64,000 nucleotides of DNA from Amphiscolops sp. MND2022 (Eukaryota). Within the stretch, counting starts at the first letter, position 1; every line of letters starts with the position of its first letter. The notes beneath the pieces are model-generated. The model was not told the DNA's origin, ran no database searches, and was given only the letters and a program-made list of their open reading frames with translations. This document shows positions 49,844-63,592 of the stretch, in pieces. The stretch is from the NCBI GenBank assembly GCA_964187785.1, contig OZ076419.1, positions 45,012,001 to 45,076,000 of the forward strand, read 5' to 3'. The translations under genes were made by a program, and so were the position numbers.

Positions 49844-50924
49844 TCAAACTTTCGTTTCATAAAACAACATGTAGGGTGATGAACTCAACAATTTGGAAAG
49901 ATGAACTTGTTTTACACTCGAGTCACTCACGTGGTACCACATTGGTCCAGTCCTCCTGTGCTCCCCTGGCGACTTCCCCTCTGCTTGACCTTTGAGGTCA
50001 CTCGCTGAGGTCACTGCACGTGGCTCTCCTCTGTTGAGATTTCCCAGGAGACCACTTATGATGTCAGGGGGCACAGGTGGCTTCGATGACCCCCCCCTCT
50101 GGCAAATGTAGGCTGTAGACTGAAGTGGCCCGACCGGAGACTACCTGCAAAAAGACTACGTGTCGTCTGCTGTCTGATTGACTAACTTCAAATTGCAGCA
50201 GCAGTAACTAGACGTCAGAGTTTTGACACCGCTAATTAGTGAATTAGCGGCGGCTGCGGGGAAATTTTTCAGCCATTTCATTAGCGATTCAACACAGCGG
50301 CGGCAAATAACAAAACGTCCAATTTCAAAATTTCTATAGAATCTTACACGGAGTTGTAGGAGTTGTTCAACTCTTACCCTTGTAAGACCCTTGTACAGTA
50401 TGAAGCAATCCACTTAAGTCCACTTACCATTTAAGTCAAACATTCAATAGTTTTGAAAAAATTCAGCAAAATAGCTAATTTTAAATTAGCGGTTCTGAGA
50501 TTAGCAAAAAAACGTCTTGACGCACGTCTCAAAAAGCTCTAGATGATCATTATTATAACTGAATATCGTGCTCTATTTTCATGCTCTAATCACTTTCGAT
50601 TCACTGCGCCTTACCAACATAATAGCCGCCGCAGCGCTTCCCTATGTGTTCGCCGATGCCGTACAGTCTGTAGAGTCAGCGGGTCCTGCTGTCAGTGGTC
50701 TTGGACTCAGTGGCTGGGCAGTCGGCACTGCAGAAGGGCACTGCAGGAGGGTTGAACACGGACTGGATGCTCACCGCCTTGTTCAGCTCTTGTAGTCTCA
50801 GCCCGAACTCCGCCAATCGCTTCAGCTGCAGCACCAAAACCGACGGTGAACTGCATGATGCGGTACCACACACACGGGTCCGACAAGTTACGGTTGTCGT
50901 TCACCGGACTGATTTTATTGCAGC
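49844..50924 (-). pseudogene. USP16/USP45-like ubiquitin hydrolase 3' fragment (exons about 50924-50615 and 50112-49844)
   Basis: PSVLVLQLKR...LNKAVS, then LYRLYGIGEHIGKRCGGYYV|AYICQR (G|GTAAG spliced to CTACAG|CC), then WYHVSDSSV...LLSSSPYMLFYE. In-frame TGA at 50676-50678, a frameshift, and GGHY changed to GGYY. No upstream exons seen. Confidence 0.75.
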
Positions 50925-51159
50925 CTGCACAACAAACCAACAGCTGTTATTATATTATGACGACATAACTTGATCTACTCACACATTTTTAACAGAGGCG
51001 AAGCCGTGCCTAGATATACAGTTTCGCCCTGTAGGAACACCAAATAAGCAATATCGTACGGAGAACCAAGGGTTAAGGAATCGGACAATTTTTCTACTAA
51101 TTGATCACTTTAAAACAAGACGGGACATTTTTTGAAGTCTTTTAATACTGAAGAAACCA

Positions 51160-51660
51160 AAAGGAGACCTATTAAAATCAAAAAAAATTCAAGCCAAACA
51201 TTTTGTAGAAAGTGAAGGCACCATTTTACCGAAAAATAACTCAGGCTGTAGTCGCAGAGTGGTGCCAAAACGTTTTTCTACTAAAAATCGAGGGGAGCGC
51301 AGAGGAAAGCAAAATAGAAAAAAAATTCGGATATGGCGCAATGTTTTCGAACCTCCACTTCCTTAGTGAAACGCAATATACGGATATAACGTCAAAACTT
51401 CGGATATAGCGCAATATTTTCGAACCTGGTCTCGACCACCCCTTTAAGGATACGCAACTTACTTCGGATAGAGCGTCAAACATTCGGATATACCGTGCTG
51501 GGCCACGGAGAAAAAAATTTTTAGACACTTTGTTGTAAGGGGGACGGACCCTTCGAAAAAAAGTCTCACAGTGCCGAGAAAAATAAAGGGAGCCTTTAGT
51601 CTCCTCTGGTTTTGCATGTTTTGTAAACGTCACAATGGAATAAATGAAAGGGGACCCTCT
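51160..51660. repeat. Probable dispersed non-coding repeat with short internal CGGATATA-type repeats
   Basis: Repeated CTTCGGATATAG/ACGGATATA motifs and A-rich blocks. No credible ORF. Confidence 0.3.
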
Positions 51661-54600
51661 GCACTAACTTAGATGCGTTTCCGCTTGCCGGTCCAGTACT
51701 TTATTATTTCTGTAAAAGAAAAGTGTCCACTATTCATACATTCTGTAGTCTGACGAAAAAAAAATACAAAAACTAAGTCGAGCTCATTTTGATAAAATGC
51801 GCTGACTAAAAACAGCACAAAAACGACTCAATTCGGGTCCCGAAATAAGAATGCTTGTAGGATGACACATCCAGAAGACTTTACAAAATAGGCCCGCATA
51901 CTCAAATGGAAACATTCGCATAAAACGCATTTGGTATCATTCATTAGAAGTCGCGGCTTATAATCAGAGTTGCTTCCACCTTTTGAAAAAAAACGTTCGC
52001 TCAACAGCGATTTACCATTACCAAATGGTCAAATGCTATGTCTTTGCCTGACTTACCCAACAGTGGTTGATTTGAAAGGTAACAATAACAGTCCTTCGAA
52101 CAAACGTTTGAGATTAAGATGATCTGCATTTTAGTTGAAAGGAGGAGTTTATCAACAGGGTTCAGCACTCTGCCATATACTCAAGTGTGAAAACCATAAA
52201 CTCAAGTGCGAGTGTCATTTGTTTCCGTAAGAACATCTGCAACTACGGACGGCTCGAACTATCAGGAAAAGTCTAGACATCGGTACCAGTCATTTCGTTC
52301 CTTTTCAATTCGTTCATTTTTGTGTGGATGTTCTTTTGCTTCAAAAAGTTGTCAATTTGCATGATTGACAGCAGCGCTCAAAAAGTTGTCATGAAACCTT
52401 TGTTGACATATATTTGAAACGTTTGAGAGCTCATACAATTTGGTTCACCTTGTAGTAACAAACTCATGAATTACTATGAGGTGACCAACAAAAAACGTTA
52501 CATTTATTAATTTTTTGCTTAAATCCAGAACCAAATACGAGTAAACAAAACATCAAACTGCGTATCAAAATGAAAGGCGAGTCTGGATTGAACTGTCAAT
52601 CAAAATTACATGTAATGGAAAAAAGTGTGTTTTAGAAAGCGGTTTCATTATTGTTCCAGTACCAGTTCAAGGTACCAGTCTAATCTGACTGAAAATGTCC
52701 TTCAAATAGACGATTTAAATCTTTCGAATAACTGACAACTGCCAAAACCCAAGAGAACTTTAGACATCTTGTTGGCAAATGCTTACGCGGTCAAATTTGC
52801 GAAAATTGTACGTGTACCTTTTCAGTACTTTTTACAGTACCTGTAAAGCAGACCAAACGTTGAGTACATGAAGTCATAAAACGTGGAACACGTGAAATAT
52901 TTCATTACATGCGGGCTGAAAATGAATTAAATTGGCGGTCGCGGGCAAGATACATAAGACTATAAGCGGGTGTTTCTTATAAGCGGTTTTTTTAATCGGC
53001 GATCCACAGTATTTTCAAAAATGAAGTTTCAAAGCTTCTCAGGATGCCCAGAGATCTTTTAAGTCAAAAGTAATTGCCCCTCAATTCTTATTTTGGGTGT
53101 GAAAGTGATTTAATTCCAATAGAGATGGTCAGTTTCAATGATTGACATGCTGGGATGCATTTTTAGAGCTGTTTTGGATCCATTGTTGGCAAGTGTTTTG
53201 GGATTCGGAGCTCTCATAAAGTTTAAGAGTTCCTTTTCAGTGCACTTACTAGAGGATACGCAAAAAACGGTACGTAATTTATTACATTATTACGCTACAA
53301 ATATGAGTAATCAAAATGCGTCTCGAAACGAAAAATGTGAGTCTGAAATTGAGCTCTCAAACAAAAAGTGCTTAGCAAATTTTCCAATGCCTGTGGTTGG
53401 AAAAAACGGGTTTTGGATGAAAACTTCTTGTTGTACATGTGGGAAATGTTTGAGGCTGTCTTCTTAACAGATGTTGTTCGAATGACTGACAAGCGAGATA
53501 TTTACATCTGGCAGACAAACGCTTACTCCGTCAAATTCGCGAACCTTTTTACGTAAAGTGAACTCCGGCTAATTCGAATTCGAATAATTCGGGTCTTCGT
53601 TTAATCGAATACATCCGAGACCCCATTCTGTGACAACCAATGTAATACCATCCAATCGGTTCTCAATTCGTACTTCTCCTTATTCGTGCTGTTTTATTCG
53701 GTGCCGCCTATAGGATAAAGAGATATAGATATAATTCTATTGAGATACGAATTAGGCTGATTCCACTGTATGTGGTTCTTTTGCGGGTGACCGTAGTAGT
53801 GGGAATGCTCCTTATCTAAACTAACCAGTGAGATATTCGGGGTTATTGAAGCATTTGAGGAGTGACATGATAGACATCTCGTTCTTCTTCGACTGGTCAT
53901 CGGTTCGAGAGGTCATCGCGCAGAGTTGACATGTACAGTGTCTCAGAGGGGTCCATGGGGCTACTGCACTCGTGACTGACCCCCCCCCCCCCCCTATGAT
54001 TCTCCTCCCCCTGCCCCAGTGGCCTCAGCTGTGCCCTTTAGTGAGAAGGACACCGCCCAACCCCGCCTGTCTGCTTCTTGGCCACTCTCTTCTGATTCTC
54101 CTTCGACAGTGGGTGCCATTGTGTTCAGCAGCTTCTTTTCGTCGTCGTCGGAACATCAACGTTTAATAGGTCCACCAAAAACAAGCCGGGAACAAAAACG
54201 AAAACGGCATGTCCCGAGGGGGTTTCCAGGGATATAGACACTGGCAGAGGCCTGAACACACTGGATACTTCCTCGCACTTGTTTTTGGCATCGCCTTCAA
54301 TCAAAACGGCTGCTCCACAATCATTCCACTTCACATTTCAATAGGCACATAAACATAAATAGGTGGCAACCTTTTCAGTGCCAAAGTGATTGGATTGATT
54401 CAGTCTGGTTCGATCAATGATAATTACTTGGCAATTATGAAATTTGGAACAATCATTTGACATATCCTACTTACATTTGGCACCCAATGGATGTTAATTG
54501 AGAAAGCGGTTGAACAGATAATCAATAGCTTGTCAATCGTGAAATGAGGGCATTTAATTGCGCAATTAAGCTTGGGACGCAATTTTGTGCAACTCGAATC

Positions 54601-56786
54601 TCTGGGCACGCTTTTACAAGACTGCTAGTACAACAACCGCCGAACCATGTGAACTCAAACATTGGTTTGTTCATTCCACCAACGATATAACTTCTGACTA
54701 TTATCACTAATTAGATGACACGTGATTATTACACGCGGTTCAAAACGATAATAAGCGGGTAACCTACAATGAATGAATCCAGAGTTTTTGTGGTTAATTA
54801 GCAATTAACCGTTTTTGGCGAATAGTTCGAAGTGAATGTTTGTAGGAATTGTGTTATTTACCCACGAGAACCTTTTGTCACAATTTTCCACCAATTTGCC
54901 CCGATTATTCTCGGCTATCTTGTTTTCAGGTGAAAAGCTCTTGAACAAACTTGTTGAACTAACATTGGAGAATCTATCCCCAACAAACTATCACAGGGAA
55001 ATACACGGATATTTGAATTTTCACAAATTTCATGGGGAACGTTTTTCCCAATTTTTGCAAAGTCTCAAAATTATGAATGCTGTACCGCATGCTTTTCCTC
55101 GAATGAAAACAATAAATCAAATGAAATACTCAGGTTAAATTTTTGAAAAACTTCTCCATGTTGTTATCAACTTGAAAAGTGAAAACAATGTCAGTGAAAG
55201 TTAGAGTTACAGTTTTAAATGAAAAATTGTTTTCCGCAAAAGTTTCGGAAATGTTTTCCATTCTTGAAGCTTAAAGTGCTTGAAATTTACCGAGAATTGT
55301 TTTGATGAATTGAAAACAGTTCTTTTTCGATAACTTCATTTTGGCCATTCCAAAACACTCTTCACTTTAAGACTAACTGCAAAAAGTGCCGGCTAAAGAG
55401 TCAAACAGGACACTTTAAGAACTTTGAGACTAGAAAAACCCTTTTGCGTGCAGCTCTGATCAATCTTGCAGAAACCAGATCTTTGGAAGCATCACATTCA
55501 TTTGAAACATTTTTTGAAAAACATGGCTGCATTCAATAGGGTGGTTAATATGAACAATAGAAGAAAAACTGAAGAAAACAAAAACCATCAACAGAAGATG
55601 AAGACAACATGGTTGAATGATTGAAGTATACTTCATCTTAGTGTCTTCATCTTCATAAAAGTTTCGACAAAACACAAGTCCTCTAGATACCATAGACAGA
55701 AAAATATGAAGCAGAAGACGCTCACTGAGCACTGAGAAAATTCACGCATCGCATTAGTTTGGAAACCACGTTTTTTCAGAGCTCGAACGAAACCCATACA
55801 CAATGGAACTTGAACAAGAAGTTCTGCAGAAACAGACTTTATAGTTACCCTTTTCGTTAGTTTTTGGTACTTTTTCTTCAGCATTCTTTCCCAGTAGCTA
55901 AATTATCGTTATTAAATTCTATGGACAATGATACCCATACAAATATTCAAATTCACAGCCAAATATGCTTAAAAAACTTTTTCAAAATCATTTAGTCTTT
56001 TTGTCGATACTTAGGACACTTTTTGGTTCAAGTATCTTCAACAAAATTCAATAGCTTTCTTCCATGCAAAATCTACCAATTTTGTTTGAGTCTGACAATG
56101 GAACATTATTTAACTTGTGAGAAAATGAGCCTGAGAAGGATAAGAAAACAAAACAAAAACACTGTATTATACCTTTCAAAAGTTCACATAATAAAACGAA
56201 GTAAAAATTATTGTTATTGTAACTTCATAAAAGGAACAGTGTAATTGAAAATGATGCAAGTTTGAAAAAGTATTAGATAAGACGAAAAAATACAGAGGTG
56301 ATAAACGCTATTTAAATTGGTAGTTGCTCCAACATTTTTTCCATATTCAGGAAAGTTGATTTCGGCTTCCATTTTTGTGAGAAAGATGTTTTTAGTTTTG
56401 ATTTTGGCAGTCACGAAGAGACACTTTTTCTTGCGAATATTGTTTGGCAGGGTATTCTTGAAAAAAACGGTTTCTCAGAAAAGCAGACCTACAAAAGATA
56501 TTGAAGTAAAGAGTCTCGGATCTTATTTTGCCAGTGTCCAGTTGTGAGTCTCGGAACGCCAGGATTAGGTTGTTTATCCATTTCCAAAAGTAATAAAAGG
56601 ATATGATTTTGAGGAATTATCGGATCGGTAGGATGTTAGGATGTTTGATCTTAAGATTTGATGATCGATCGTACTTTGTTCGATTGAAACACGCTTTTAT
56701 TCCCCAATTCATTTGTTTTTCTAAGGTCGTATTAAGATTCTCAGTTACGACATTCAACAAAATTTCCGGGTAGTGGATATGACTGA

Positions 56787-59275
56787 TTACAGGGCGTTCA
56801 ATAGCAGTAAACGAACGTTTCCACTAATATAGTCTCCGGTCGAATGAAGAGTTTTGATTCCGCACGCCATTTTCCGGAGTATATGCATAACTTCTTCTTG
56901 GAATGTTAGAATTTGTTTCAGGTAGGCACCCCAATGTTTGATAGTGCTACTTGGGCGAATGATTTCATCTTTAACAATCAAGTTGGTAATTTTGTTTTCA
57001 TTGTTTTTGTTTGTGGTTTGGAAGGTGATAAATTCGCTTTTGTCTGCGTTCAATTTCAGTTGATGCTTTTCAAAAAATCACAAATATTGTTAATGTTTTG
57101 TTCCAGTAATTCAACGGCTGATTCAATTTTTTGTTTGATGTAAAGACCATGGTATCATCCGCGTATTGCACAACGGTGCATTTGTGATCAATACAAGTAT
57201 ACAAACTGTTCACGTGTATGTTGAAGAGCCCTACAACTGTACCCTGTGGAACACTTGATATAATTGGATCCAATCAGAGGTGCAACTAGGAAGAAGCATT
57301 ACATTTTGGTTTCTGTATCTGAGGAAACTGTTTGTCATTGATACTGCGTAGCTATCAAAATTAAGTGTTTTGAATTTTTCGAGAAAGATGTCGTGTGAAG
57401 TTGAATCAAAAGGTCTACGTACGAAGCGCAAACAACTTTGTTGTTAACCCTCTTTCGATTGTTTTCTGTGGCTTCTAAGATTGCGTCCGTAGTTGAAAAT
57501 TTGCTGTGGAAACCATATTATGTATTGCTCAGCAATATATGCTGCGGAAGATATTCAGATATTCCTTCATGTAGAATTTTTCGAACAATTTCGCTAATGC
57601 GGGAGTGATAGAGATAGACCTGTAGTTAATGGGTTTTTCGCAGTCAGCTTTTTTAAAAATAAGGATTACAAACGCTGATTTCAAGTTATTCGGGAACTTT
57701 GATTCTTCAAGGAATGCAATAATTTAAAAAACAGTGGTTCAGCGTTTATGTTTAAGCAGTCTTTCAACGCCCACGCGGGTATGTTGGATGGCCCTTTGAG
57801 TTTGTTTTTATTCAAAGTTTTTAGATGTCTCTTACTTTCATATAGACTAATGGGATGAAACGTGAAAGGTGCACTAGTTTTTTATTCGTGTGAGCTTTCA
57901 GTGTAGGGTTTTCGTTTTCCTAAATAGTCGACTAGTTTTGAAAACCTATAATCGAGTAATTTAGCAAGTTTTGTTTGGTCAGTTAAAATGTCACCGAATG
58001 AGTCCCGTAAACTGTTTATTTCGCCCTTTCTCTTCTAACAATTACGGCCTTCATTTATAAAATTCAAATTGTCTTTATGACTTTCAAGAATTTAAAAAAC
58101 TTTTATCTGGTCCTCAAATCGATTTTCTCCGATATTGTCTAGAACTTGATTATGTAATTATTGATACTTCACGTTATTGGATCCATATTGACTGCCATTT
58201 TGTTGTAGAGTTCCTTAGTTCAGCAGTTATCCATTTTTTGTGGAACGATAGTTCAGTTTTATTGTTACGAATGAAAAAAATTTCGTATGCGTTTTAAAAA
58301 AAATCATTTCCAAAATTATCAGTGAATGCAGAAAACATTCCTTCAGCGAAATTTTGATTATAGAGGTTACTCCAATCCGAATCTGAGATATGGTTTCTCA
58401 AAATTTCAGGCCGGTAATTTTGTTTATCAAAGTTTTCTTTTATCGTTACTCGTGCTTGAGGTTTCATTCTATGTTTGTATTTGTCGATGTAGCAAGATGG
58501 TCCACTTCCTTTTTTTTCAAGGTTCTTAGCGGGGTGTCAGTTACGTAAGTGACTGCGCCTTCAATCGTTGTAGTCCACGAGTGATTTTGAGTTACATCCT
58601 ATTCGCGTTAGCTTTGTTGTGTTAAGAATATGAAATTTGTGTTGTGTTAACAATATGAAATATGATCAAATTAACTAAGAGGTCGTCCATGAGACTGATT
58701 GTTTTTTTTAACGATAGCGATATCGATGCTAGATGATAATTCTTCCCGAAAAAGGTCAAATATTGATTTCAAAGGATTGTAGCTAATTTTGATGAGCTGT
58801 TTGTTTTTATTTGTAGGATCGTTCTAGACTTTCAAATTGGTTTTTTTTTCATGCAATTTGAGTCTTTTGGTGACTGTGGGTTCAATGTTTTTGGTATCAA
58901 AAGCATATCTCCACCTCCTTTGGTTTTGTTACCGAGCTTTCTATCGAACCTAAATTTTTTGAAGCGGTTTTTGTTCAATTCCCAAAGTTTTTGATCTTCT
59001 GCATCTTCGGCCACTCAAGATGATCTGTATTTGTTCTTTTTTCTGTACGATACTTTGGAAATTGATATGGAAGAATTTGGAATTTCTCGGTGCTTTTAGG
59101 AAGTCTTGCGGAAGCTTTTTGAAGTTTACGGTCGGTCCAGGGTTCATTTCGTATCTACCGAACATAATAAACGTTTGACTTTGATGGAGTAAAGACCAGT
59201 TACTTTCACGGGCTATTTGAACAAACTAAATTTTTTCAAAGAAAAAATTAGAAATATATTGTGGAAAGTTGGAGC
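56787..59275 (-). mobile_element. Degraded non-LTR retrotransposon (CR1/L2/Jockey-group) ORF2: AP endonuclease and reverse transcriptase
   Basis: FFHINFQSI and DRK...KGGGDMLLI (endonuclease); FDSTSH, VPQGTVVG, QYADDT and NADKSEFI..KHWGAYL (RT). Many frameshifts. Confidence 0.85.
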
Positions 59276-59289
59276 ATCTAAGTAGATGA

Positions 59290-60900
59290 TCGCCTTGTCA
59301 ATAAAGTCAGTAAAATCCATCCTCCTCAAAAGGTTAAGGAAGTCGAACAAGTTTGTGGATTGGTCAACTTCTACGGACGGTTCATCTCATACTTCACGTC
59401 GAAAATTGCCCAATATCTTATCTGAGGAAGAAGTCGGAGGCTGAGTTCCAGTGGACCGAAAAATGTCAACGTGCATTCGAAAGGCTGAAGTCTGAGCTAG
59501 CATCGAAACCTGTTGTTATGCACTATTCTCTGAAAAAAGGAAGTAACGATTACAACTGATGCGTCTGAGAAAACTAATGGCTGAGTCTTATCTCAAGAGG
59601 GGCAAAGATACTAACATTGAGCGTGAAGCCCTAGCGATTGTTTTTGTGGTAAAACGCTTGAAGCAGTTTTTACCTGGCCGAAATTTCAACCTCGAAACTG
59701 ATCATCGTACCCTGGAATTCATATTTGCAGCAAACAACGAACTCCCAAAAACCGTATCAGCAAGAATCACAAGATGGGCAATTTCGCTTTGGCTTTTGAT
59801 TACGAGATTAAATGCAAAGAAGGTTCCTCGATTCTTCATGCTGACGCCATGAGTAGACTGGATTTCGATAAGGATGACGACGAGTACAATCTAGTCGACT
59901 ACTTAAGTTCCAATCTTGATGAATTCAGTGTTCATTTTGCCGTGCATAAACTCATTCCATTCGAAGAGTTGAGGAGTGAATGTGAACGCGATGAATTGGC
60001 GAAGCGAATTATCATGCGTGTATTCGATGGCTATTGGAAGGCATGTACTCAAGTAGAGAGTATTTTCAAGAAAGTATCTGGTTTCCTCACAGTCGAGAAC
60101 TGGCTGCTATACAACGGAACTAGACCTTACATTCCAACAAGAATGCGGAACATCGTAACTGAACGAGCCCTTGACACGCATCCTGGTGAACCTAATGTCT
60201 TGGTGGCCTGGGTTCGGAAAAGATGTTGAAAAATTCGTAAGTGCCTACTCTGAATGTGCAAAAATCCGACCACGAACTGAGAAATCGATCGATACTTGGC
60301 CAGATGCACAACCATGGGAGAGACTACACATGGATTGGGCTTATATCCAAGAAGTAAGCAACATTTGCCGACGCTGGTTCAGGTTGGATAGAAGCGTTCA
60401 TATGCGGCGATCGGCCCACGGAAAAAGTCATACATTGTCTGTCCGCCATTTTTGGGAGATTTGGGGTCCGCACACTTTAGTTTCCGACAATGCAAAAGAG
60501 TTTATCAACGACAAAGTTGTCACGTGGTTACAGGCGCAAGGCTGCACCAAATTAGAGAGTCCAACCTACAATCCAAGGAGTATTGGACTTGCCGAACTAG
60601 CTGTGCAGACTGTAAAGGAAGGAATGAGGACATGGACCTCGTCTCTTCGTGTCAGTTTCCTTTCATTCCTGCAGCAAGTCCTGTTCACACACAGTAACAC
60701 TTCTTCCGCGAGAGGGAAGACTCCCTCAGAAGTTCTGCTTGGAGGGAAAATGTGACTCCCCGCTGTCATCAATTATCCCATCGGAGAGCGTGTAGTCTTT
60801 CTTGCTGGACTTCACGCTGCGTCTTTTTTTGCGAGGTATGTTGTTCGTAAGGACAATAATACAGCATGGCTCAATGAGGAAGATTTAGACGGGTCCGAGA
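59290..60900 (+). mobile_element. Degraded Ty3/Gypsy LTR retrotransposon pol fragment (RT connection, RNase H, integrase)
   Basis: GLVNFYGRF, FQWTEKCQRAFERLK, IEREALAIVF...TDHR, HADAMSRL, WERLHMDWA, TLVSDNAKEF, SIGLAELAVQTVK. RNase H precedes integrase. Confidence 0.9.
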
Positions 60901-61179
60901 GAACAATTCTAGCGAGTACTAGCCATATTGCTCCCTTTGCCGGTCCAACTACCGTTGCCCCTGATCTAGTGACGTGTAAATAGGTCGAACTTTTTTCTGG
61001 TCGAAAGGACAGAGGTCGAACCTTTTGATCGAATTGCGGTCGAATTTGATCGACGCCTTCGGGTCGAAAACGTTCTTTGTTTGCCACATGTCCATTGACT
61101 ATCTTAATGTGGGGCATATGCTGTGTATGCACGCTCACCCTCACCGTCGCAAAGACCAGCTCCCACTACGATCGCTTCG

Positions 61180-61450
61180 CGATCTCCGTTCCCGCTAGGT
61201 CTTCGCTCCTGTTCGACCTCGCTTAGCAAGATGGGAACGAGGATGAGATAATCTCACCAGATGGAAGATAACACATGACGCTTGCTGTCCTCGTGGAACC
61301 AATCCATAAACACTTGACCACGTCATCACCGACTGCCCGCTATACCGTACAGTCAAGGAGAATGTATGGCAAGATGTCCCGCCAGCTGAAGTTCTGGAGA
61401 GGCTGTCATCCGTTTTGTGACATTCGACAAGATCGTTCATTTCGTTTCAT
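61180..61450 (+). mobile_element. 3'-terminal fragment of a non-LTR retrotransposon ORF (CCHC-like tail)
   Basis: DNLTRWKITHDACCPRGTNP*TLDHVITDCPLY matches the C-x-C...H...CP tail typical of LINE RT proteins. Confidence 0.55.
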
Positions 61451-61967
61451 TTGGTTTGCAGACCTTGTGTGTGTCATCTTTCGCCTACATGATGACCTAC
61501 TCGGCACCGTTATTGACACTGTAAGGAGGCTATGCAGCTGGCAGCGTTCTGGCACCTAGCTCATCTTTTTCTGAGTGCCCATGCTTCAACTTGGCCTAAT
61601 TCCATTTCAAAAGACGCTTTTACCATGGTTCCAGTTCGCGCGGTCCTTTTTAAGTTATTTATCGAGAAGAAATAATAGAGAAACCTACACGGCATTAGAT
61701 TAATGACGACGATCTATGTCATCTGAGAGAGTAAGTTAATCTCAACAGTTAGGCTTGCGCTGTGACTGTTGTTTGCTTCATTTTTCAAGACACTTAAGAA
61801 GATTCTTGATACCTTGTATAACTGTTTATCCATCGATGTCATTTCAGACAAGTAAACTAACTGATGATGATCTGTTTAACGATCGAAAAGCTTTTTAAAT
61901 ATACATTGATTTTACTTTTCCTGAACTTAAGAAGATTGCTGTTTCAGATCCTTGTTGTTGCCAGACG

Positions 61968-62738
61968 ATGGTTGAGAAAGATGCCTCCATGTATCGGGCA
62001 GTATTGGAGAAATCTGAAGTTACGCCTATGGTAAGAGAAGCATTGTTGAAGTTGCTTGCTAATCGACCAGAAAATCCCATTTTGTTTCTCAGGGATCATT
62101 TCAAATCCTACGTAAATGTCGAGAGCCGGAACAGAACTCAACAGGCCGTTGAGCTTATCCTTCTAACTTCATACCTTAAACCAGTTTTCGAACGGAACCT
62201 TATGACTGCTTTCGATTCTCTAACGAATGCCAAAAGCTCCGGAAGTAGTGGAATTACAGGTGTAGCTTTTCAAGAAGTAATTAACGAGGTGTTAACTTCC
62301 TATTGTACTTCTCGAAGTCTAACCGATGGACATGGAAATGCTGTGGAGCAGTTGCAGAAAAAGTTAGCGGTGAGAGATCATGAAGTTGTCAATTTTGCTA
62401 TATTCCGATCCTCTGTGTATCTGACCTTGATATTCGTCGACTACCTCTGTCTTAGCATTCAATTATTCAGAGAGCTGGACTGCACTAATCAGGGAAGAAT
62501 ACCATTGAGAAATGCGGAGAGTATTTTGAGCTATTTCAAAGAAACGTTGGATGCAACGGCTGAAAGTGAAACATTGAAAATGTTGTCAAGTGCAGCTCAA
62601 TTTACAGCGAAGAACATATCACCATTGTTAGAAGCTGATGAGTCGGTCTCTCATGTTACAATTAAGTATATATCAGAGGGTGATTTCATGTCTCAAGCAG
62701 CTTCAGCATTTCTATCTAAAGTGCAAAACATTCAATGA
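61968..62738 (+). CDS. TPGS1: Tubulin polyglutamylase complex subunit 1-like protein, single exon, 256 aa
   Basis: LEKSEVTPMVREALLKLLANRPENPILFLRDHF (RIIa-like dimerisation motif), RDHEVVNFAIFR and the C-terminal DFMSQAASAFLSKV all match recalled TPGS1 motifs. ORF is intact. Confidence 0.8.
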   Translation: MVEKDASMYRAVLEKSEVTPMVREALLKLLANRPENPILFLRDHFKSYVNVESRNRTQQAVELILLTSYLKPVFERNLMTAFDSLTNAKSSGSSGITGVAFQEVINEVLTSYCTSRSLTDGHGNAVEQLQKKLAVRDHEVVNFAIFRSSVYLTLIFVDYLCLSIQLFRELDCTNQGRIPLRNAESILSYFKETLDATAESETLKMLSSAAQFTAKNISPLLEADESVSHVTIKYISEGDFMSQAASAFLSKVQNIQ

Positions 62739-63592
62739 TCTGGAAAAACCTAACAATTGTATTTATTGTTCATTGTAGTATTAATTTCAAAACGTTAGAA
62801 GTTAATTTCTTAATTGTAAATACAATGTTTGTAAATATGTAGTGTTGCTGTATATATGACGTATCATTTTAGCAATGTTGTTGTCATTTCGAAATTTATT
62901 TCACAAGTTAAATCATTAGCCATTTTCATTCTCTTAGATCTGAAATGCAGAGCCGAAACTACATACTACATCTACTGTTCTAACACTGTTTTGTCGGAAG
63001 CAGAGGGACACAACTGGTATTTTTGAAATCGGTCACTGTTTCAAACCTTACATTTTTCCAGTGTATGTTCCAACTTTTTGACGGTGATTTTCATTGAACA
63101 ATTTTGACGTCTAGCTCGATTTCATAATGCCTCGTTAAAAAAATTGATTTCTTCAGATGAACTCTCCATTTCCTTTTTCATTATTTTTTCTTGGAGGTGT
63201 CTTTTGGTTTTGGGACTGTTTGAAATTCTGAAGCACATTGTCTGTACAATTTTGACGTTGCTGAGTGTTTGGGTAGTATCTTTGATGCCCGAAGCTCGTG
63301 TAATATGAGACCAGAAAGTCTTGAAACAGGCCCGATGAGTTTTTTTGATCAGTAAACACAAATATGCTTTAGTACTTCTCTCAAGAATTGAAACTGCAGT
63401 AATACCTCTATTATTACCTTTACTATTTTGTTTAATCATCAAATCATTCAATCTTTTGTTTGTTTAGTTTTCTACAAAGTTTTCTAGGGTCTCAAACTAC
63501 AAAGATAGATTTTTCGGGCGTTAGGTATTAGTTCATTATCGGGCCTCAGTTTTTCGGTCCTAAATAGACGTTCCCGCGTGTTTCATAGTTGA

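Noticed and set aside
53960-54340. Poly-C run and short GC-rich ORFs on both strands
   Set aside because: No recognisable protein motif, splice structure or repeat family could be supported.
55460-55884. Hydrophobic minus-strand frame resembling the end of a 7TM receptor
   Set aside because: It has two in-frame stops and no diagnostic family motif, and AT-rich DNA readily yields Phe/Leu-rich frames.
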